A model generated the notes under the pieces. The model had not been told where the DNA came from and did no database searches. It saw nothing but the letters and a program-made list of their open reading frames with translations. From Eubacterium sp. (GTDB lineage Bacteria; Bacillota; Clostridia; Oscillospirales; Acutalibacteraceae): 64,000 bases of DNA. Each line of letters starts with the position of its first letter. Position 1 is the first letter of the stretch. The stretch is taken from the NCBI GenBank assembly GCA_029258375.1, contig JARHZA010000001.1, positions 599,564 to 663,563 of the forward strand, in the 5' to 3' direction. Shown piece by piece: positions 59,471 through 64,000 of this stretch. The translations under genes were made by a program, and so were the position numbers.

Positions 59471-59575
59471 ATTATATAAACAACTTTGCAAGTGCTTGTT
59501 AATAAATATAAAATTTGCAATTATACTAAATGATAGGTTTTAGTATTTGATACAATAATATAAAGGTCTGACAAA

Positions 59576-61174
59576 ATGAATTCGTTAAGTAAAAATAAAA
59601 AGAAAAAAATTATTATTGCTGTTAGTATTTTGCTTGCCATAGCCGTAATCGCAACAAGTATTGCAGTTATTGTAAAAGTTAATAATAAAGAAAAAGTTTC
59701 TCTTTATACTGTTGGAACAGGTAATATTTCAGAATCTGTTGGTGCAACTGGCAAAGTTACTTCTGGAACTACAAAAAAGTATTCAGTTGAAACTATTGCT
59801 CGTGTAAAAGAAGTTTTTGTTTCTGTTGGTGATGAAGTGAAAAAAGGCGATAAACTTGCGACTTTTGATACTTCTGATATTGATAAACAAGTTTTAAACT
59901 TAGAAAAAACTTATAACAAGGCAAAAACCGAATATAATAAAGCCGTTCAAAACGAAAAAGATTCTAAAGGTAAATTATCTCAGCTTAATAAAGATATAGC
60001 GAAACTTGAAAAGGATATTGAAAATCAAAAGAATAATATCTCTGATGATTATTTTGAAAATGCTACTGATATTTCCAATATGTTAAAAGAACTTATGGAA
60101 GTTTTAAACTCTGTTTCAGATGATGCAGAAACTGTTAGTAAACTTACAAAAATTGTAATGGATACTGTTTCTGCCGAAATAAAAGGTGGTAATTATTCTC
60201 CAGTATCTATATCAAAATCTGTGGAAACTGCTATAAAAAAAGCAGTTGATAGTGGCGAAATAGATACTTCAAAACTTAATTTTGATTTGGGCGAAACAAT
60301 TGGCAAAATTAAAGATGCAATAAATAAAGTAGATTGGAACAAAATATCATCTATATTATTCAGTAATGGAGTAGGCAAGTTAGCATCATCAGAACTTCGC
60401 CTTGCCGCTCTTTATGCAGAAAGAGAAATACTTACTGTTACAAATTCAGTTGATGTTGTAGGTGCAAAAAAAGATATTATGGATGCAACTAAAACTGCAC
60501 TTGATGCACTTAAAGACGCAAGCAGCGATTTAAAAGCGGGTTGGGTTGCTGATTTTGATGGTACAATTACAAGTTGTGACCTCAAGCCAGATACAAAAAC
60601 TTCTGCACTTACTACTGGAATAACACTACAAAATCTTGATTCACTAATGGTAACTGTTTCAATTGGTGAATATGATATTCATAAAATTAAAGTAGGTATG
60701 GATGCTACTATATCAACTGCTTATGGCAAATATAGTGGCGAAGTTATATCAAAAGCACCAACTGCAACTGGTGGAACAGAGGGTTCAATACTTGATTCTG
60801 TTGGCTCAATGGCAGGCATTAGTGGACTTTCAAGTTTAACAGATAAAGGTGCAGGCGTTGATGTAACAATTTCAGTAAACAATCCAGATGATAATATTAT
60901 TGTTGGTTTTAATGCTGACGTAGAAATTCAAACTGGCGATTTTACTAATATTACAACAGTTCCAATTAAATCAATCATACTTGAAAAAACTGGAACTTAT
61001 GTTTATCTTTACGATGAAAAAGAAAAATCAGTAACTAAAACTTTAATAGAAACTGGTGCATTTTCAGATTCTGTTTATGAAGTTAAAAGTGGATTAAATA
61101 TTGGTGATAAAATAGTTGATACACCTTCCTCAGATTACAAAGAAACTACTTTTGATGTTAGAGTAATCAACTAA
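59576..61174 (+). CDS. MacA/YknX-like periplasmic adaptor (membrane fusion) protein with an enlarged helical domain
   Basis: N-terminal TM anchor, lipoyl half-motifs (VSVGDEVKKGDKL; ADFDGTI), beta-barrel (SIGEYDIHKIKVG) and C-terminal EVKSGLNIGD. Confidence 0.8.
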   Translation: MNSLSKNKKKKIIIAVSILLAIAVIATSIAVIVKVNNKEKVSLYTVGTGNISESVGATGKVTSGTTKKYSVETIARVKEVFVSVGDEVKKGDKLATFDTSDIDKQVLNLEKTYNKAKTEYNKAVQNEKDSKGKLSQLNKDIAKLEKDIENQKNNISDDYFENATDISNMLKELMEVLNSVSDDAETVSKLTKIVMDTVSAEIKGGNYSPVSISKSVETAIKKAVDSGEIDTSKLNFDLGETIGKIKDAINKVDWNKISSILFSNGVGKLASSELRLAALYAEREILTVTNSVDVVGAKKDIMDATKTALDALKDASSDLKAGWVADFDGTITSCDLKPDTKTSALTTGITLQNLDSLMVTVSIGEYDIHKIKVGMDATISTAYGKYSGEVISKAPTATGGTEGSILDSVGSMAGISGLSSLTDKGAGVDVTISVNNPDDNIIVGFNADVEIQTGDFTNITTVPIKSIILEKTGTYVYLYDEKEKSVTKTLIETGAFSDSVYEVKSGLNIGDKIVDTPSSDYKETTFDVRVIN

Positions 61175-61186
61175 TCGGGGGATAAT

Positions 61187-62440
61187 ATGAATATTTCAGA
61201 AAGCTTAAAAATTGCTTTAAAATGTATAAAAGCAAATTGGATGCGCTCGCTTTTAACTATGCTTGGTATAATAATTGGCATTAGTTCTGTTATAATGATA
61301 GTTGGGGCTGGAACTGGTGCAAGGGATTATATTGTTTCTTTAATAGAAAATATGGGGGCAAATGCAGTCCTTGTTACAGTAGATACAACAAGGGCATCTG
61401 AATCTGAATTTATAACACTTGATGATGTTGATAATATTAAAGAAAAAGTGAATGGTGCAAGTGGTTGCTCTCCTCTTATGATGGGCTTTTCAAATGCGTC
61501 TGCAAAATCAGGTGCAAAAAAAGCAACTGCAATGATAGCTGGTGTAAATACAGATATTCAGTTTGCTCTTCCAACAACTTGCAAATATGGCAGATTCTTT
61601 TCTAACGAAGAATATATGGCTTCAACTCCTGTTGCTGTTATTGATACTATGAGTGCTAAACTTGTTTTTGGTTATGAAGATGTAACAGGGGAGTATATAA
61701 CTCTTTCGTCAAGTGGCAGTTCGATGAAAGTTAAAATAGTAGGTGTTTCAGACCTTGAAGACCTTGTTTCAAGTATGGGTGGTAATTTAAGTGAAATGAC
61801 CTCTATGTTTCAAATAAATGACGATAAGCCTGCTATTTGCCTTTTTATGCCTTGCACAACACTTACAAGGTTAACAGGTGTAGCACCTATTCTTCCGGCA
61901 ATGTTTGTGTTTGCAGAAGATGAAGGCAATAACAAAGCAGTTGGTAATTCAACAGTTAACTATTTAAAAGCTGCACACGGAAATTATGAAAACAATATTT
62001 ATGTTGCAGAGGATATGGCTACTTATGTTGAACTTGTTGATATTATAATTTCAATTTTAACTGCATTTATTGCATGTGTTGGTGCTATTTCTCTTATAGT
62101 TGGTGGTATAGGTGTAATGAATATTATGCTTGTATCTGTAACAGAACGAACAAGAGAAATAGGAATAAGAAAGGCTCTTGGAGCTAAAACTAAAACAATA
62201 ACACTTCAATTTTTAACAGAGTCTATAATACTTTGTTTAATTGGTGGAATTTTAGGCGTTATTTTTGGTGTTATTGGCGCTTATGTTGTTTGCACAATAG
62301 TTGGAATAGAGCCAAATATTAACTTCTTAACGATTTTAATAGCGCTTTTGTTTTCTTGTGGTGTTGGTATATTCTTTGGAATATATCCTGCTAAAAAGGC
62401 CGCTAAAATGAGTCCTATTGATGCATTAAGAAGGCAATAA
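61187..62440 (+). CDS. MacB/YknZ-like ABC permease
   Basis: RSLLTMLGIIIGI, GGIGVMNIMLVSVTERTREIGIRKALGA and GIYPAKKAA motifs. Confidence 0.92.
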   Translation: MNISESLKIALKCIKANWMRSLLTMLGIIIGISSVIMIVGAGTGARDYIVSLIENMGANAVLVTVDTTRASESEFITLDDVDNIKEKVNGASGCSPLMMGFSNASAKSGAKKATAMIAGVNTDIQFALPTTCKYGRFFSNEEYMASTPVAVIDTMSAKLVFGYEDVTGEYITLSSSGSSMKVKIVGVSDLEDLVSSMGGNLSEMTSMFQINDDKPAICLFMPCTTLTRLTGVAPILPAMFVFAEDEGNNKAVGNSTVNYLKAAHGNYENNIYVAEDMATYVELVDIIISILTAFIACVGAISLIVGGIGVMNIMLVSVTERTREIGIRKALGAKTKTITLQFLTESIILCLIGGILGVIFGVIGAYVVCTIVGIEPNINFLTILIALLFSCGVGIFFGIYPAKKAAKMSPIDALRRQ

Positions 62441-62461
62441 GATAAATTTAATTATTTTAAT

Positions 62462-62497
62462 AATAGGCAACATTTTTTTGTTGTCTATTATTTTTTG
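62462..62497 (+). terminator. Intrinsic terminator
   Basis: AATAGGCAACA / TGTTGTCTATT stem followed by a T-run. Confidence 0.65.
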
Positions 62498-62549
62498 TCA
62501 TTATTCATACTATTTATTCTATTAAACTCGTAGTAAATCGCAAAATCTG

Positions 62550-62578
62550 TTTACAAAACATTCTGTTTGTGGTAAAAT
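62550..62578 (+). promoter_or_regulatory. Sigma-A promoter (extended -10)
   Basis: TTTACA, 17 bp spacer, TAAAAT with an upstream TG. Confidence 0.65.
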
Positions 62579-62622
62579 TCAAATGTTATGGATTTAAAGA
62601 CTAACCTTAAGGAGTACAAAAT

Positions 62623-63726
62623 ATGGAGAATGTAAACGAAGTTTTAGAGAAGTTTAACTTCAAAGGTGAAAATAAAGAAGTAAAAGTTTTTGGTTCAGGT
62701 CATATAAATACAACTTATCTTGCAACATATGATAATAACGGTGAAGAATTAAAATATGTTATACAAAAAATAAATTCAAATGTATTCAAAAATATTGATG
62801 GACTTATGGATAATATATTCAAAGTTACACCACATCTTCGTAAAAAGATAAAAGAAGCAGGCGGAGATGAAAATAGAGAAACACTTCATTTTATTAACAC
62901 TAAAGATGATAAAAATTATTATACTGATGAAAATGGCGATTATTATAGAGCATATGTCTTTGTTCCAGAATCAATCAGTTATGATAAAGCAGATGATTCA
63001 AATCTTTTATATGAAAGTGGTATGGCTTTTGGTAGATTCCAAAGACTTTTGGCTGATTTTGCAGCAAACAGCCTTTATGAAACTCTTCCAGATTTTCATA
63101 ACACACAAAAAAGATTCGAAACAGAATTTATTCCAGCTGTAAATAATAACATAGCATCAAGAAAAGCAGAATGTGAAAAAGAAATAGAGTTTGTTACAAG
63201 TAGAGAAGAATATTGTTCTCGTGTAGTTAATTTAATTAAAGAAAACAAAATACCTCTTCGTGTTACACATAACGATACAAAGTTAAATAATGTTCTTTTT
63301 GATGAAAATTCAAATAAGGCTATTTGTGTTATTGACCTTGATACAGTTATGCCAGGAACTGCTCTTTATGACTTTGGTGATGCTATTCGTTTCGGCACAA
63401 ACTTTGCAGAAGAAGACGAAAAAGATACATCTAAAGTTGGTATTAACCTTGATTATTTCAAAGCTTATGCAGAAGGCTTTCTTTCTGAAGCAGGCAAAAG
63501 CTTAAATCAAACAGAAATTGATAACCTTGCTTTTGCATCACTTTTAATGACATTTGAATGTGGTATGCGTTTCCTTACAGACTATTTAAACGGGGATACA
63601 TATTTCAAAACAGCATATAGCGATCACAACCTTGTTCGTGCCCGTAACCAATTTGCACTTGTTGCAGATATGGAAAAACATATGGACGAAATGAACGAAA
63701 TAATTAAAAATATTAAAATAGACTAA
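62623..63726 (+). CDS. APH-fold phosphotransferase, N-acetylhexosamine 1-kinase (NahK/LnpB)-like
   Basis: FGSGHINTTY, YVIQKIN, TLPDFHNT, RVTHNDTKLNNVLF, IDLDTVMPG and RFLTDYLNGD.YFK motifs. Confidence 0.8.
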   Translation: MENVNEVLEKFNFKGENKEVKVFGSGHINTTYLATYDNNGEELKYVIQKINSNVFKNIDGLMDNIFKVTPHLRKKIKEAGGDENRETLHFINTKDDKNYYTDENGDYYRAYVFVPESISYDKADDSNLLYESGMAFGRFQRLLADFAANSLYETLPDFHNTQKRFETEFIPAVNNNIASRKAECEKEIEFVTSREEYCSRVVNLIKENKIPLRVTHNDTKLNNVLFDENSNKAICVIDLDTVMPGTALYDFGDAIRFGTNFAEEDEKDTSKVGINLDYFKAYAEGFLSEAGKSLNQTEIDNLAFASLLMTFECGMRFLTDYLNGDTYFKTAYSDHNLVRARNQFALVADMEKHMDEMNEIIKNIKID

Positions 63727-63739
63727 TTTAATAAATATA

Positions 63740-63777
63740 AAAAAGGATGTAGTTTAACTACATCCTTTTTATTTTTC
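63740..63777 (+). terminator. Intrinsic terminator
   Basis: AAAAAGGATGTAGTT-T-AACTACATCCTTTTT. Confidence 0.8.
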
Positions 63778-63836
63778 CACAAATGCCAGTGCCTTTTGTG
63801 GAATTCTTAATTGTTTTTGTGGTTGTAAAATATAAC

Positions 63837-63868
63837 AAAAGCGGACAATTTAAAATTGCCCGCTTTTT
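63837..63868 (-). terminator. Terminator for the incoming minus-strand gene
   Basis: AAAAGCGGACAATTT / AAATTGCCCGCTTTT stem just past the minus-strand stop at 63879. Confidence 0.65.
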
Positions 63869-63878
63869 AATGAAAAAA

Positions 63879-63998
63879 TTACTTTTTAAGTTCTCTTTCA
63901 AGCCAAACTGCACCTAAATCAAGTGCGTTGAAAAGTCCAACTTTTTCGCTCTTTTTAATAATCTTTTCTTTTGGTCTTAATTCAGGGTTTGTGCTAAT
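63879..63998 (-). CDS. Hypothetical protein, C-terminal fragment (partial at window end)
   Basis: Open minus frame ISTNPELRPKEKIIKKSEKVGLFNALDLGAVWLERELKK*, followed by a terminator hairpin. Confidence 0.6.
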   Translation of the reverse strand: MSTNPELRPKEKIIKKSEKVGLFNALDLGAVWLERELKK

Positions 63999-64000
63999 AA

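Noticed and set aside
1-64000. CRISPR arrays, tRNA/rRNA, T-boxes, IS elements, integrases, prophage, toxin-antitoxin or retron genes
   Set aside because: None recognised by eye; intergenic gaps are short and mostly explained by promoters and terminators. A formal scan was not possible.

Overview
AT-rich chromosomal window from a spore-forming Clostridia-type bacterium (Ruminococcaceae/Oscillospirales-like; the taxonomy is inferred from gene content and order). Almost all genes lie on the + strand. In order: end of hisD; a ComEC-like MBL lipoprotein plus DUF3006-like pair inside a shortened his operon (hisB-hisA-hisI-hisE, with no hisC, hisH or hisF here) that runs directly into recJ-rel-dtd-MBL-hemZ; the yabM-mazG-hup-yabO-yabP-yabQ-divIC cluster; a lone fumarase alpha subunit; an RlmL-like methylase; a protein made only of choline-binding repeats; a Y-family polymerase with an upstream LexA-type box and a small partner gene; an aminotransferase; an EamA transporter; nrdR; a GT4 glycosyltransferase; hprK-glucokinase-murB-rapZ-whiA-dnaE; pfkA; spoIVB, an OpgB/LTA-synthase-family gene and spo0A; xpt; the full S10-spc-alpha ribosomal protein cluster with a roughly 330-nt structured leader; a partial pur cluster (purE, purM, purN, PurO-like IMP cyclohydrolase, purD); a MacA-like/MacB-like pair with no ATPase gene; and a NahK-like kinase. 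I saw no tRNA, rRNA, CRISPR array, IS element or prophage. The best leads are the SOS polymerase cassette with a non-UmuD/non-YolD partner, the repeated clean absence of partner genes from conserved operons (notably around AICAR), and several candidate cis-regulatory elements. All family assignments come from motif recognition by eye; no searches were run.
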